A DNA stretch of 64,000 nt, taken from NCBI GenBank assembly GCA_010093605.1, contig MU004196.1:1262606-1326605 (forward strand). The letters run 5' to 3'. A program made the translations under genes and the position numbers. Numbering within the stretch: position 1 is the first letter of the stretch; each line of letters starts with the position of its first letter. This document shows, piece by piece, positions 47,270 through 62,704 of this stretch. The stretch comes from Lophium mytilinum. Its lineage: Eukaryota. Under the pieces are notes generated by a model. That model saw only the letters and a list, made by a program, of their open reading frames with translations, did not search any database and was not told the origin of the DNA.

Positions 47270-48681
47270 AGACTAGACTAAAGTTCTATTTAGATTGCGT
47301 GGATTTAAAGCTATAGATAATTCTAGAGCTCTAATAGTTTTATATATATATATATATATAGTATTAAGGTTAATATTTATAAGGCTTACTATACCTTAGA
47401 GGTCTATAATTCTTAGCTTCTAATTAGTTTACTAACTAACTAGCCTATAACTATATACTTACTATACTTATACTTACTATTTTATACTTACTATTTTATA
47501 CTTACTATTATATACTTACTATAATCTATATACTTTCTATACTCTATATACTTTCTATTTTACTTAGCTAATAGATAGCTAAGAGGTCGCCTACTATAGA
47601 TTTTAATATTCTCTATTAACCTTATTACTACTAATAACCTTATTACCGTCTATTATTACTACTAATAACCTTATTACTATTATTACCGCTACTACTACTA
47701 CTACCGCCGCCACTACTACTATAGCTAAGGATCGCCCTTAATATAATATTACTATTATATTTAGTGCTTACTCTACCGTCCCTATTACTAATAATATAAT
47801 CCTTACCCCTATATTAATTAATTTAGCTTATAATATTACTATAAACCCCCTTTATATTTAAATTAATAGAGAAATATATACTTAGTATATATAACTAGCT
47901 AAGTCTATATAGGCTATAAAGTAATATACCTTATATATTTAGAACTAGAGGGAGGATATCTATCTAAAGAATAGGCTAATTAATAAGCTTAACCTCTACT
48001 ATTACTATCTTTATAAGAGGGAGAAGTAAAAGTAAAAGCTTTTTATTATTTCTAAAGGTAGAATAACTACTATAGACTATCTTATTAAGGTATATAAGCT
48101 AGATAAAGGAATAAATATATTTTAGATATTCTAGTAGGGGCTGCTTCTAGAGTATAGTATAGCTAAGGCACTTAATATTACATTTAATCTTAAATAACTT
48201 AAGCGGCTAATTATTTAATAGGTTATCTATTATTATATTATATTCTTCTAGTTTAAGAATATATATTTCTAATAGGTACTTAACTTTCTAGTTCTAGATA
48301 TTAATAGATACCTTTTAAAGGCTAGCAAGACTATATAGAAGTAGGTAATAAATATATAGTAAGAGAGGAAGGCTATACTATAGTAGAAACTTAAAAATAT
48401 ATATAGTATAATATCTATCTTCTTTAACCTCTAGATATTACTAAATAGACTTACTATATTTAGCGTATACTTCTATTTTATTAATTAGGCTAGAAGATAA
48501 TAGATAGCTATTATAGTACTTTAAGAGGTTCTTAGTAACTATAGTAGAGAGAATATTATCTATAGCTTACTAGTAGTACTATAAAACTATAGTATATATA
48601 AGAATATAGGTTTCTTTATAGATAATAATATAATAAGTAATAATAATACTATAGATCTAGTACTATAGGTGCTATACCTAT
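47270..48681. mobile_element. RIP-degraded repeat fragment (possibly Ty1/copia-like), host of the Gypsy insertion
   Basis: RIP composition and short tandem TATACTTACTAT units near 47450-47560. De-RIPped 48121 could read FGHPG (pre-integrase-like), but the family call is weak. Confidence 0.35.
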
Positions 48682-51600
48682 TATTATAGTATAAATCTAG
48701 AATTATAATAATTATATACTAAGGTTATATGCCGCCCCTTATATAACCTAAGTAAGACGCTAGCCCGGCGCTAGGCCGCGGCCTATATACCGGCGTTAAA
48801 CTATAACCTCTTAAGAGCTTCTAGCTCTCTCTCTTTTTCTTAGCTTAGATTTTTATAATAGTTAATACACCTTATTATTTATATTATATTAGCCCCCTAT
48901 ATAATCTAAGCTTATTTTTCTATACTTAAAATCTTATTAATTTTTTCTAGAACTCTATTATAAGATCTAGGTATTTTTACTAAAACTAGTTAAATACCTG
49001 CCAGCCTAGCTATAGCTATATACGGTATCTAAACCTAATTTAGTAGACTATAATCTAGTACTACCTTCTTTAAATAAGCTAGTTAATATAGCTAAGCTTT
49101 AAGAAGATCTAAAGACTCTAGGTACTATAACTAGTACTAATCTAAATACTTTAGATTATACTTCTATAACTCTATTAACTACTAGTAATAAGAAAGCCTA
49201 CTATACTGCACGCCTTACGCACTTTTAAGGCGTAGCTAAAGGCGCTTCTACTCTAGCTATTATTTCTAGCTCCCGCTATAGAACTAGAGGACTAATTTTA
49301 AATACCTAGAAATAGATCTAAGACTCTATAACTCTTTTAGCTACCTTATAGGTAATAGATAATACCTAGCGCGCTAATACTTAGCGCCCTAATATCTAGC
49401 GCGCTAATATCTAGCGCCCTAAACGCCTAGTAAATAATTAAGTTAATACTACTAGATTCTATAACTAGAACTAGAATATTACTAATAAACTTAATCTAGA
49501 TTATAACTCTAATAATAAAGGCGGCTTTATTACCCCTAGTGTAAATATTCTAGGTAAGCGCGCTATATAGTTTATTACTAAGAATAATATAAATAAGATA
49601 TAAGCTAGAGGTAGTAAGCTATACTCTACTTATTACTGCGTCTCTATAGTAGATTAATAAGCGTCTATTCTAGTTATATACTATAAAACTAAATAGGCTA
49701 TAGATACTAAATCTAAGTATATAGATATTCTAGAGAACCTATAAAAAAGTAACCTCTAGAGCTATATTTAGCTACTAATCTAGCTTCTTAACTATTATAC
49801 TAATAGTACTATAACTATTAACCTTATAGTTACTAATAAGACTAAGTTTACTACTATAGTAAATAAGAATAAGCTTATATAGTAGAAGTCCTTCTAAAAG
49901 CTCTATATAGAATATAAAGTTAGCTTTAAAAAAGCTAATAATAAAGATAAGTATTATAATAATCTCTAGAATAAGTACTAGAAGTATAAATAGAATATAG
50001 CTAATAATACTACTATAGTAGAATAAGAGTTAGAGGCCTATTACACTAAATAACTATAGTAAGTAGTAAGTAGTTACTAGGCTAACCTTAAACTTAACTA
50101 GATGCACCTACGCTGTAATTACTAGCGTAGTAAGTACTAGAACCTTAAGAAGATATATAAGAAGCTTACTACTTATATTAAGAAACTTAAATAATAGCTT
50201 TATTAATAGACTTACCTATAGCTCTTAGACCCTAACTATAATTTAGATAATAATAATAATAATAGTATTTATTCTCCTACGCCTATAGTTTTACTTTACT
50301 ATTATTCTATTAGCTAGCCTCTATAGTTTAAACCTATTAAAAGTAAGTTTACTACTCTATTTATACCTATTTAGGACCCCGGCGCGTACGCAGCAATATA
50401 TTGCCACCCTAATCTAGATAAGTTTAGTAGTAGTAATAAGAATAAGCTATTCTACTAATAGTAGTATATATAGGTACTTAGTAAGCTAGATATCTATATA
50501 CTATTATATACTACTATATATTATTATATAGTATATATTTATAACTAGCTTAAGAGTAAAGTATTTAATATAATCTTCTACTACGCTAAATCTAATAGTA
50601 ATAAACTATACCTCTCTATAGAGAAGTTAATTAATAATCTAGATAAGGTTTATAGACCCTTTAATAAAGTAGCTAATATACGCACTAACCTATATAATAG
50701 TAAATTTATATAGAAGAAGAATAAGTATATTATAACTTAGGTAGACCGCTTTAATACTAGTATAGCCTCCCTCTACTTTAAAGACCCTAAGAAGATCTAC
50801 TATATATAATATAATCTTACTAATAGCCTTAAATATAAGGCTACTAATAGATAGAATACTAATATAATAACTTTTATTATATTTCTATAGACCCTAGAAT
50901 TATAGCTTAATATTATTAAGCTAAATAAGAGTAAAGAAAAGAAGACTTCTAAGTCTACGCGTAATACCTATAAAGCTACTAGCGCTAGATCCGCCTCTAA
51001 TATACCTCGCCGCCCGCCGCTTACTAACGCTAAGTATATATCTAAGAATAATACTAGTAATACTACTCTAAGTACCGCTACTACTATAAATAACTCTCTA
51101 GGCCCCTTTAGTTGCAATTATTATACTATTATATAACTTAAGTAGCTAGGTTACTACTAGAACTATCTTAAGTATAGATATATAGCTAATAGTAACACTC
51201 TATATATTAGCTAATAGCTAGTTCTAATCTATAAGGTTAGCGGCCTTATAGATAAAATTAATCTTACTAGCGTTAATATTAATATTAGCGCTATAAATAC
51301 TAGCTCTACCTATAATAAAATAATAGGAAATACTTAGTTTTTAGTAATAGTTACTACTAAGGACCTCTAATAGCCTTTAATAATAGAAAATTAAGAGCGG
51401 TTATAGATAGAATTACTATTTTAGAATAGAAGATTAAGCTAGTTATTATATATATATCTACTCTTATGCTATAGCTAGTTAATAGTAAATAGTTTAGCTT
51501 CTTAAGTAGAATTCTTTAATCTAATTCTATTTCTAACTCTTTTACTACTAAGATTCTTTCTAATATAGAATTAGGCTCTTAGTTTCTTTATTTAAAGACT

Positions 51601-53656
51601 GTACGCCTTTATAAAATACCTACCCGCCCCCTTTTATAACCTATTATTCTTAAGCTTATAGATAGTAAGCCCTCTATTATATTAGACCGCGCTATAGATA
51701 TTACCTTCTATATAGGCAACTACTATAATATAGCTACTTACTATATTACTAATACTAGATAATATAATATAATCTTAGATATACTCTAGCTATAGCTTTA
51801 TAACCCTACTATTAGCTTTAGAAAGACGCAACTTATCTTCTAATCTAACTACTATATAACTAACTATCTATATTATAGTAGGCTAGTTATTATAAAAAGC
51901 CTTATCTATTTAAAATATATTAAAATTAAACTATACTAGAACCTAGGTAATTTTTACAGCTCTTAATATAACCCTAACTCTAACCCTAACTTTAACTCTA
52001 ACCTTAGCCCTATTATTAAAGGGCCTAATAATACTAAAGACTCCTCTTAGCTTAACTATAATAGAAAACCTCTTCCTTTTAAACTAGTTCTACTAGATAA
52101 ACTATCTAAATATAATATCTAGTTTATCTCTATATACGCCTATTCTACTATAGTAAAATAAGATAAGAACGCGGTAATAACTATTACTTTACAAGACTTT
52201 AAGTAATTAGACTAGCCTAATAAAATAGATAAGTAATATACCTACAGGCGCTAGATAGTAAACCTTATAGGCGTTACTATAGAAGATTACTATTAATTTA
52301 AGGAGAAAATAACTAAATTACCTTATACTAAAAATTAACTATAGTAGAAAGTTCTACCTTTCTTCTATTAGATTCTAGATACTTTTAATCTATAAGTAGC
52401 TAATAAACTACTACTATATAGGCCTAGCGTAGACTATACTATTAACTTTAAGAATCTAAATATAAAACCCCCCGTCCCGCGCTAATATAGCCTCTCTTAT
52501 AATAAGCTACATGCCGTTAAAGCCTATATTAATAAGATACTTAGAAAGAGCTTTATTTACCCTAGTATATTACTATTTATAGCGCCTATTATTATTATCT
52601 ATAAGCTAGGCGGAGGACTCTATATCTATATTAATTACTACTTACTAAATAAAATTATAATTAAGAATAGAAATACACCTTCTCTTTTATATAATATAAT
52701 TACGCAGCTTTATAAAGCTAAGATATACTCTATCTTTAATATTATTACCGCATTTAATAATATTCGCGTTAAGAATAGTAACTAGTATAAGATAGCCTTC
52801 TATACTTAATATAGCGTCTTTAAATTTAATATTATACCCTTTAGTCTATATAACGCTTCTAGTATATTTTAATTATTTATTAATTCTATACTATATCTAT
52901 ATCTAGATATCTACTATATAGTATATATAGATAATATCCTTATCTATAGTAATAATAAAGAGAATTATAAGAAGAACTATATAAATATTCTTATAGTACT
53001 ATATAATATAGGACTCTTTCTTAATATTAATAAGTATAATTCCCTAGTTAAACGCGTAAAGTATCTTAGACTTATTATTACGCCTAATAGCATAGAGATA
53101 GACCTAACTAAAGTTAGTACTATCTAGAACTAATAGCTATCCTATAATATTAAAAATATATAATTATTTCTTAGCTTTTATAATTTCTATTAGTAATTTA
53201 TTACTAGCTATTTATAGATTACTATACTACTAACTAAGCTTACTAAGAAGATAATAGAATAAGGTAATTTTCTCTTACTTACTAATAGTCTAGCAGCGCA
53301 AGCCTTTAAGAAGCTTAAAGCCTCTTTTCTTTTAGCGCTAGTCTTAGCCTACTTTAATCTAAACCTAGACTATATATTAGAAATAGATATATCTAACTAT
53401 ATTATTACCGCTATTCTCTCTTAATAAGGCCTAGATAGAATTCTCTACCCTATTACCTTTCTTTTTAAGAAAATAACTCTAGCTAAATATAACTATAAGA
53501 TATATAATAAGAAGTTACTTACTATTATCTACGCCTTTAAGAAATAGTGCCCTAAGCTTACTAGTATAATTAACCCTATACTAGTATAGATAGATTATAA
53601 GAACCTAGAATACTTTATATCTTCTAAATAGTTAAACTACTAATAAGTCTATTAGG

Positions 53657-56600
53657 TATTATAGTATAAATCTAGAATTATAATAATTATATACTAAGGT
53701 TATATGCCGCCCCTTATATAACCTAAGTAAGACGCTAGCCCGGCGCTAGGCCGCGGCCCGTGCGCCGGCGTTAAACTATAACCTCTTAAGAGCTTCTAGC
53801 TCTCTTTCTTCTTCTTAGCTTAGATTTTTATAATAGTTAATATACCTTATTACTTATATTATATCGGCCCCCTATATAATTTAAGCTCTTTCTTCCACGC
53901 TTAGAATCTTATTAATTTTTTCTAGAACTCTATTATAAGATCTAGGCGTTTTTACTAAAACTAATTAAATACCTACCTGCCGGCCTAGCTATATAGCTAC
54001 GCGCAGCACCTAAATTTAACCTAGCGGACTATAATCTAGCACCGCCTTCTTTAAATAAGCTAGTAGTTAATCTAATAGCTAGGCTTTAAAATAATCTAAA
54101 GACTCTAGGCGCTATAAATAGCGCCGGCCTAAATACTTTAGGCGGACTATCTATTATCTATACTTCTATAACTCTATTAACTACTAGTAATAAGAAAGCT
54201 TACTACGCCGCGTAACTTACGCGCTTTTAAGGTGTAGCTAAGGGCTCTTCTACTCTAGCTATTATTTCTAGCTTATAGTATAGAACCGGAGGCCTAATTC
54301 TAAATACTAATACCTAAGCCTCTTTATAGACTATAGATAATATCTAGCGCGCTAATACCTAGCGCCCTAAATACTTAGTAGATAATTAAGTTAATACTAC
54401 TAAATCTATAAACTAGAACCTAACTATTACTAATAAACTTAATCTAGACTAAGACTCTAATAATAAAGGCGGCTTTATTACGCCCAGCGTAAATATTCTA
54501 GGTAAGCGCGCTATCTAATTTATTATAGAAGATAATATATATAACCCTTAGGCCTAAGCTAGTAGTAGTAAGCCGCGCACTACTTATTACTAAGTATTAA
54601 TAGTAGACTAATAAGCCTTTATTCTAGTTATATACTATAAAACTAAATAGGTTCTAGACGCTAAGCCTAAGTATATAGATATTCTAAAGGGATTATAAGA
54701 AACTAACCTATAGTACTATATATAGCTACTAGTCTAGCTTCTTAACTATTATAGTAATAGTACTATAACTATTAATACTATAGTTACTAATAAGATAGAG
54801 TTTACTACTATAGTAAATAAGAATAACCTAGTATAGTAGAAATTCTTCTAGAAGCTCTATATAGAGTATAAAGTAGGCTTTAAAGAAGCTAATAAGAAAG
54901 ATAAACTCTATAATAACCTTTAGAATAAATACTAGAAGTATAAATAGAATACTTCTAATAATACTACTATAGTAGAATAAGAATTAGAGGCCTATTATAC
55001 TAAGTAGCTCTAGTATATTATAAGTAGCCGCTAGGCTAACTAAAAACTTAACTAGATGCGCCTATACTATAATTACTAGTATAGTAAATATTATATAATT
55101 AAGGATATATATAAATAGCTTACTACCTATATTAAGTAGCTTAAATAATAGCTGCGTTAAGAGGCTGTATGCCTATAGCCTCTAGACCCCGACTATAATT
55201 TAGATAATAATAGTACTTATTCTTCTATACCTATAGTTCTACTTTATTAATAACTTATTAGCTAGCCTCTATAGTTTAAACCTATTAAGAGTAAGTCTAC
55301 TACTCTATTTATGCCTATTTAGGACCCTAGCGCGTACGCGGTAATATATTACTACCCTAATCTAGATAAGTTTAGTAGCAGTAATAAGAATAAGCTATTC
55401 TACTAGTAGTAGTATATATAGGTGCTTAGTAAGCTAGATATCTATATACTACTATATACTACTACGCACTATTATATAGTATATATTTAAGATAGGCTTA
55501 AAAGTAAAGCGTTTAATATAATCTTCTACCGCGCTAAACCTAATAGTAATAAGCTATATAGTTAGTTAATAAAAGTATATTCTAACTAATATATAGGCCT
55601 AAAAATTAAATTCTATAATTAAATGTCTATATTATAAATTAATATAATAATATAAGAAAATTAAGCTAAATTTAGTATTAAGGCTCGCTTGGTCCTAGTA
55701 CTTAGTTTACTAGCTCTTAGCCTTTCTTACTACCTCTAGGCGCTTAGGCATGCTCTTAATAAGTAACCTAATAGTTAAATTAGATATCTTTATCTATGCC
55801 TTTTTTAAAGTAGCCTTTAAGGTATTCTAATTCTTTTTTAAGTTACCTATTATAGCTAGCTCTAGATAAAGCTTATAGACTATCTTCTTAAGCGCCTACT
55901 ATATATACTTAATAGGGTTTAAGTCTAGTAAATAGGGGGGCTATTTAAGCGTCTAAATTCTATAGGTTTCTAGCTAATTCTTAGTCTAATTAGTATTATA
56001 AATTGGCGCATTATCTTATATAAAGATATGCCTAGGTAGGTACTATAGTAGTAGCCCTTTCTCTAAAGTTTAGGTATAGCTCTTACCTAAATACCTATTC
56101 TTCTTAGCTATAAAGTCCCTTTCTATAATAATTAGGGGTAACCAGCTAACCCGGCTATTTAGGGTTACCTAAATAGCCCCCTATACTATCTAGAATATTC
56201 TTTTATCCTTCTCTTTTTCTATTACTATCTTAGGGTTAAATTTCTTATCTAGAAACTAAAAGCACTACTCTATCTACTTACTAGAACCCCGTTAAACTAA
56301 ACATTTATTAGTAAACTTAATAACCCGGCGTTTCTAATTAAAATTCCTATGCCTTTTAGTAAATTAGCGTTATAAAATAGCATGCTCTAGCTTTAGCTTA
56401 GGTCTCTTAGTATAATAGTAGTTTCTTAGGCTAAAACTCTAGAGAATCTATGCTATAGTTCTTATAGAAGAGGGCTTAGCCTAGGCTAAGAGGCTAGCCT
56501 TTTTTATTAGCTAGGAGTACTCTATTTTAGAGTATTTTTAAGCAAGCTAAAAGAGTATTCTCTTCTTCTAGACTATAGCTATTACTAGCCGGCCGCTTTA

Positions 56601-59600
56601 GGCTAAGAAAGTAGTAGTATTATAAAGTTTCTAGCACTTAATTATATTATAGACTATCTTAAAAGAATAGCTAAATTCTATAGCTAGATCTTAATTAGTA
56701 ATACTAGCTTTATACTTTACTAGCATAGCTAAGCAAGTATTAGATAAAAGCTCTTTTAATCCTTAAGTGTTCCCGCTAATTTTCTAGCTAAAAGAACAAG
56801 CTATAGTAGTTATAGTATTAGTATAAGAGAATATATTTAGAATGCAACGTATTTTTAGTAGGGTGCGCACGGTTTATTAGTATATACTTTTATCTTAGTA
56901 CTATACCTCTCTATAGAAGAACTTATTAATAATTTAAATAAGATCTATAGACCTTTTAATAAGGTAGCTAACGCGCGTACTAGCTTATATAATAGTAAGT
57001 TTATATAGAAGAAAGATAAGCGCGTTATAATCTAGGTAGAACGCTTTAATACTAGCGTAGCCTCTCTCTACCTAAAGAACCCTAAGAAGATCTACTATAT
57101 GCGGCGTAATCTTGCTAATAGCCTTAAATATAAGGCTGCTAATAGATAAGATAGTAATATAATAACCTTTATTACTTTTCTTTAGACTCTAGAATTATAG
57201 CTTAATATTATTAAACTAAATAAGAATACCTATAAGAATAAGGAGACCTCTAAGTCTACGCGCGATACCTATAAAACTATAGGCGCTAGCTTAACTACAT
57301 CTTACTACCCGCTACTTACTAATACTAAGTATATATCTAAAAATAATACTACTACCCTAACTACTACTACTATAAATAACTTACTAGGCCCCTTTAGGCG
57401 TAATTACCGCACTATTATATAACTTAAGTAGCTAGGTCGCTACTAGAACTATCTAGAGCGTAGATATATAGCTAATAGCAACGCCCTATATATTAGCTAA
57501 TAGCTAGTCCCTATTTATAAAGTTAGCGGCCTTACTAATAAGATTAACCTTACTAGCGTTAATATTAGCGCTATAAATACTAGCTCTACCTATAATAAGA
57601 TAATAGAAAATACTTAGTTTTTAGTAATAGTTACTACTAAGGACCTCTAATAGCCTTTAATAATAGAAAATTAAAAGCGGTTATAGATAGGATTACTATT
57701 TTAGAATAAGAAATTAAGCTAGTTATTATGCGTATGTCTGCTCTTACGCCCTAACTAGTTAATAGTAAATAATTTAGCTTCTTAGGTAGAATTCTCTAAT
57801 CTAATTCTAATTTATTTACTATTAAGATTCTTTCTAATATAGGATCCGGTTCTTAGTTTCTTTATTTAAAGACCGCGCGCCTCTATAAGATATCTATTTA
57901 ACCCCTCTTATAATCTATTATTCTTAAGCTTACTAATAGTAAGCTATCTATTATACTAGACTATATAGCGGATATTACTTTCTATATAGGTAACTACTAT
58001 AATACTATTACCTACTATATTACTAATACTAGATAATATAATATAATTTTAGGCATGCTCTAGCTTTAGCTTTATAACCCTATAGTTAGCTTTAGAAAGA
58101 CCTAGCTAGTCTTCTAATCTAACTACTATATATCTAATTACCTTTAATATAGTAGGCCTATTATTATAAAGAGCCTTATCTATTTAAAATATATTAAAAT
58201 TAAACTATACTAGAACCTAGGTAACTTCTATAGCTCTTAATATAACCCTAACTCTAACTCTAACTCTAACCCTAACTTTAATTTTAACCTTAGCCCAGTT
58301 ATTAAAGGCCCTAATAATAAGAAAGATTCCCCTTAGCTTAACTATAATAGTAAGCCTCTTCTACCTAAACTAGTTCTACTAGATAAGCCCCTAGTATATA
58401 ATATTTAGTTTATTTCCGCGTACGCCTATTTAACTATAGCTAAGTAAAATAAGAACGCGGTAATAATAGTTATATTATAGAACTTTAAATAATTAGACTA
58501 GCTCTAGGAAATAGATAAGTAATACGCCTATAGACGCTAAATAGTAAACCTTATAGATATTACTATAGAGAACTACTATTACTTTAAGGAAAAGATAACT
58601 AAATTACTATATACTAAGGATTAGCTATAAGAAAAAGTTCTACCCTTTTTTTACTAGATTTTAGACGCCTTTAATCTATAAGTAGTAAATAAACTACTAC
58701 TATATAGACCTAGCGTAGATTACGCTATTAACTTTAAGAACCCTAATACTAAACTATCTATCTCTTACTAGTATAGCCTCTTCTATAATAAGCTCCGCGC
58801 AGTTAAGGCCTATATTAATAAGATACTTAGAAAGAGCTTTATTCGCCCTAGTATATTACTATTTATAGTACCTATTATTATTATCTATAAGCTAGGTAGA
58901 GGACTCTATATCTATATTAATTACTATTTACTAAATAAAATTATAATTAAAGATAGAAACGCCCCTTCTCTTTTATGCGACACGATTATGCAGCTTTATA
59001 AAGCTAAGATATATTCTATCTTTAATATTATCGCCGCCTTTAATAATATCTATATTAAGAATAGTAATTAACCTAAAATAGCCTTTTAGACTTAATATAG
59101 TATTTTTAAATTTAATATTATACCCTTTAGCTTATATAACGCCTCTAGGATATTCTAATTATTTATTAACTCTATACTATAACTCTACCTTAATATCTAC
59201 TATATAGCCTATATAGACAACGTTCTTATATATAGTAATAATAAGAAAGATTATAAGAAGAACTATATAAATATTCTTACTACCTTATATAATATAGGTT
59301 TCTTTCTTAATATTAATAAGTGTTACTTCTTAGTTAAACGTATTAAGTATCTTGGACTAATTATTACGCCTAACAGTATAGAAATAGACTTAACTAAAGT
59401 TAGTACTATTTAAGACTAGAAGCTGCCCTAGAATATTAAAGATGTTTAATTATTTTTAGGCTTCTATAACTTCTACCGGCGATTTATTGCCGGCTATTTA
59501 TAAATTACTACTCTACTAACTAAGCTTACTAAGAAGACTATAGAATAAGGTAATTTCCTTCTACTTACTAATAGCCTAGTAGCTTAAGCCTTTAAGAAAC

Positions 59601-62600
59601 TTAAAGTCTCTTTCCTAATAGCCCTAGTACTTACCTATTTTAACCCGGACCTAGACTATATTCTTAAAACTAACACCTTAGATTATATAATAGCCGCGAT
59701 TCTTTTATAATATAGACTAGATAGAATCCTGCGTCCTATTACCTTCCTCTTAAAGAAGATAACCCCTACTAAGTATAACTATAAGATCTATAATAAAGAA
59801 CTACTCGCTATTATTTAAGCCTTTAAGAAATAGCAACCCGAGCTTACTAGTATTATTAATTCTACGCTTATATAAATAGACTATAAAAACCTAAAGTACT
59901 TTATATCTTCTAAGTAGTTAAATTACTGCTAAGCCTAATAGGCTAAATATCTATCTTAATTTAACTTTATCCTAAACTAGCAACCTAGTAAATAGTTAAC
60001 TAAGCCTAATAGCCTTACTTACAGGCTAGGCAATATTCTAGATAACCTAAATAATTCTAGGATAATATATTAGATATAGACTATTTTAAAAAAGAGAAAT
60101 CTACTAGATAGTATATACTAAGCTCTCTAGCTTACTAGCATGCTTTTAAATAAATAGGAAGTTCCTATTATTAGAATAGCCTAGCTTATATATAAAATAG
60201 CTAAATAGTACCTAACTAATATTCTATATATTATTCTAGCCGCTAATAGAACTAGAGGTAAGAAGAAGTACTTAACTATAACTATAGTAGACTATAGTAA
60301 GTTAAATAAAGATCTATATAATGCTGCGCCTAATATTATAGCACTAATTACCCCTAAACCCGCATCTATAGAACCTATCCCTAAAGAAAAAGTACTAAAA
60401 GTATCTAAACCTAGTAATAAGTTAGATAAAAACTTACTAGAAGACTATACTAATAACGCTACTATTTAGTAGATTAATTACGCATATATAGAGGATAATA
60501 TCCTCTAGCATATTATATATACTAAAGAAATAGGTAAATAATATATTCTACTAGAACTTATTTAGAAATAAGAAATTAAAATTAAGCTTAGTAACTATAA
60601 GATTTATAAGAATAGGCTCTTTATTAATAGCTGCCTATATATTCTATATAACGCGAAACTCTATATATAATTAATTAAGAAAGCCTATAACTCTCTTCTT
60701 AGAGGCTATACTAGAAGAAACTCCCTCTACTATTATCTCTTCTTCTAGTACTACTAGCTAGGCATTATAAACTTAGTTACTACATATATTAACGCCTATC
60801 TTACCTGCTAACGCATAAAAGTCTATAAAGATAGTAAGTATAGTCTACTTAAACTACTACTAATTCTAAATTATTACTAGATAGACATCTCTATTAATTT
60901 TATTACTAAGCTGCCTCCCTGCACTATTAAAGGCCGCATATACTAATATATTATAGTAGTTATTAATTAACTATTTAAAAAATATAAATTTATCCCTCTA
61001 GACTCTATAGAGCTAGAAGACATTATATAAGCCTTTATTAATTAGATTTAGCGTAAAGAAGGCTATCTAGACTATATTATATCTAACTATAGTATATAGT
61101 TTATATTCTTTTTCTAGAAGTACTTATATAAACGCATAGAAATGTATTTAAAGCTATCTACTATAGCCTATCTAGAGACTAATAGCTAGACTAAAATTAT
61201 TAATATAGGTTTAAAGTAGTACCTGCGCGTATATATTTATTATTTATAAGATAACTAGGTAAACCTAATTACCTTTACTAAATTTAAGGCTAACGCCGAT
61301 ATTAATTAGTCTACCGGCGTGTTACTATTTAAAGCTACTAAGGGCTATATACTCTATAGTAGCTTAAAGCTATTATCTTAAGATATTATTATTCTAGGCC
61401 CTAAGCGCTAAGGAGTTAACGCAGCTAAGAAACTTATTACGCGTATTTATAATCTATAGGAGTTCCTTAAAGAAGAACTCTATTAGAATTAATCTAAGAT
61501 AAAGAAGCTAGCTAATTATAATTAGCTGCCCGCTCTAGAGTTTAAAGTTAATAATATAGTTATACTAAATACTAAGAATATCTATACTATATAGCTAAGC
61601 AAGTCTCTTAACTATAAAAACCTTAGTCCCTTTTATATAACATAGATTATTAATAATATAGCCTATAAGCTAGAACTTTCTAAGTCTATAAAAGAAATAT
61701 TTCTAGTATTCTACCCCTAGTTACTTTATTAAATTAATAAGATACCTTTTCTAGAATAATATCTAGAACCCCTACCTACACTTAAAATAGAAGAAGATAG
61801 CTTTATAGGGCAGTACTATATTAATAAAGTCCTTAATTTCTAATTTAACGGCCGCTAATTAGATCTATATATAGGTAAGAAACTCTACCTTATATATAAG
61901 ATAGCCTAGACCGGGTATAATAATACCCGGCCTAAATAGAAACCTTACTAGAATGCGGACGGCTATAATAAGCTTCTTATAGAGTATTATAATAAGTATA
62001 GCCTTAAACTAGAACCTTATTTAATATTTAGTATATTAGAATAGAAGGTTATAAAAATAATAGGTAAAAGTATAAGCGCTACTACAGTAATAGTAGACCT
62101 ATAGAATATTCTTAGTACTAGCCTAAGTAAGTATAAACGGCGACCTTATTAGGTAGCTAAGTTATCTTGTAAGAAGGCTATTCTATATAAGTAATCTAAA
62201 GTAGAACTCTAATAGGTAGAAGCTAATAATAGGCCTTAGGCTAATTTATATAGCCCGCTTGCAGCGCTTAAGAATAAATATAAGGATAAAAATAATAGAA
62301 ATAATAGAAATAATAAAAATAATAAAAATAATAGAAATAATAGATATAGTAAGACTATAGATAATAGTAAGTATATAAATAGTAAGGCTATATAAGTAGC
62401 TTAATAGAAATAGAATAGAAAGAATAGAGAAGCTATAATATATTATAAGCCTTATAGAACTTTAGCTTTTAAAGGGGGGGGTAGTATTATAGTATAAATC
62501 TAGAATTATAATAATTATATACTAAGGTTACATGCCGCCCCTTATATAACCTAAGCGAGACGCTAGCCTAGCGCTAGGCCGCGGCCTATGCGCCGGCGTT

Positions 62601-62704
62601 AAACTATAACCTTTTAAGAGCTTCTAGCTCTCTTTCTCCTCCTTAGCTTAGATTTTTATAATAGTTAATATACCTTATTACTTATATTATATTAGCCCCC
62701 TATA
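53657..62704 (+). mobile_element. Ty3/Gypsy LTR retrotransposon 2 (nested, structurally complete, RIPped)
   Basis: LTRs 53657-53876 and 62485-62704 (220 bp). 5-bp TSD TTAGG at 53652-53656 and 62705-62709. Polypurine tract AAAGGGGGGGG at 62471. RT AYIDNVLIY near 59207. Confidence 0.92.
55559..56903 (-). mobile_element. Tc1/mariner DNA transposon (RIPped) inserted in the gag region of element 2
   Basis: TA duplication (55557-58, 56904-05) and imperfect ~27-bp TIRs TAGT......ATAAAAGTATAT.CTAA. The minus strand de-RIPs to FMQDNAPIH and WPPYSPDLNPIEHVW. The empty site is seen in element 1 near 50605. Confidence 0.88.

Noticed and set aside
51970..52010. Telomere-like (CCCTAA/CTCTAA)n run, also at ~58245-58290
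   Set aside because: It occurs at the same position inside both Gypsy pol regions and is best explained as RIPped low-complexity codons, not a telomere.
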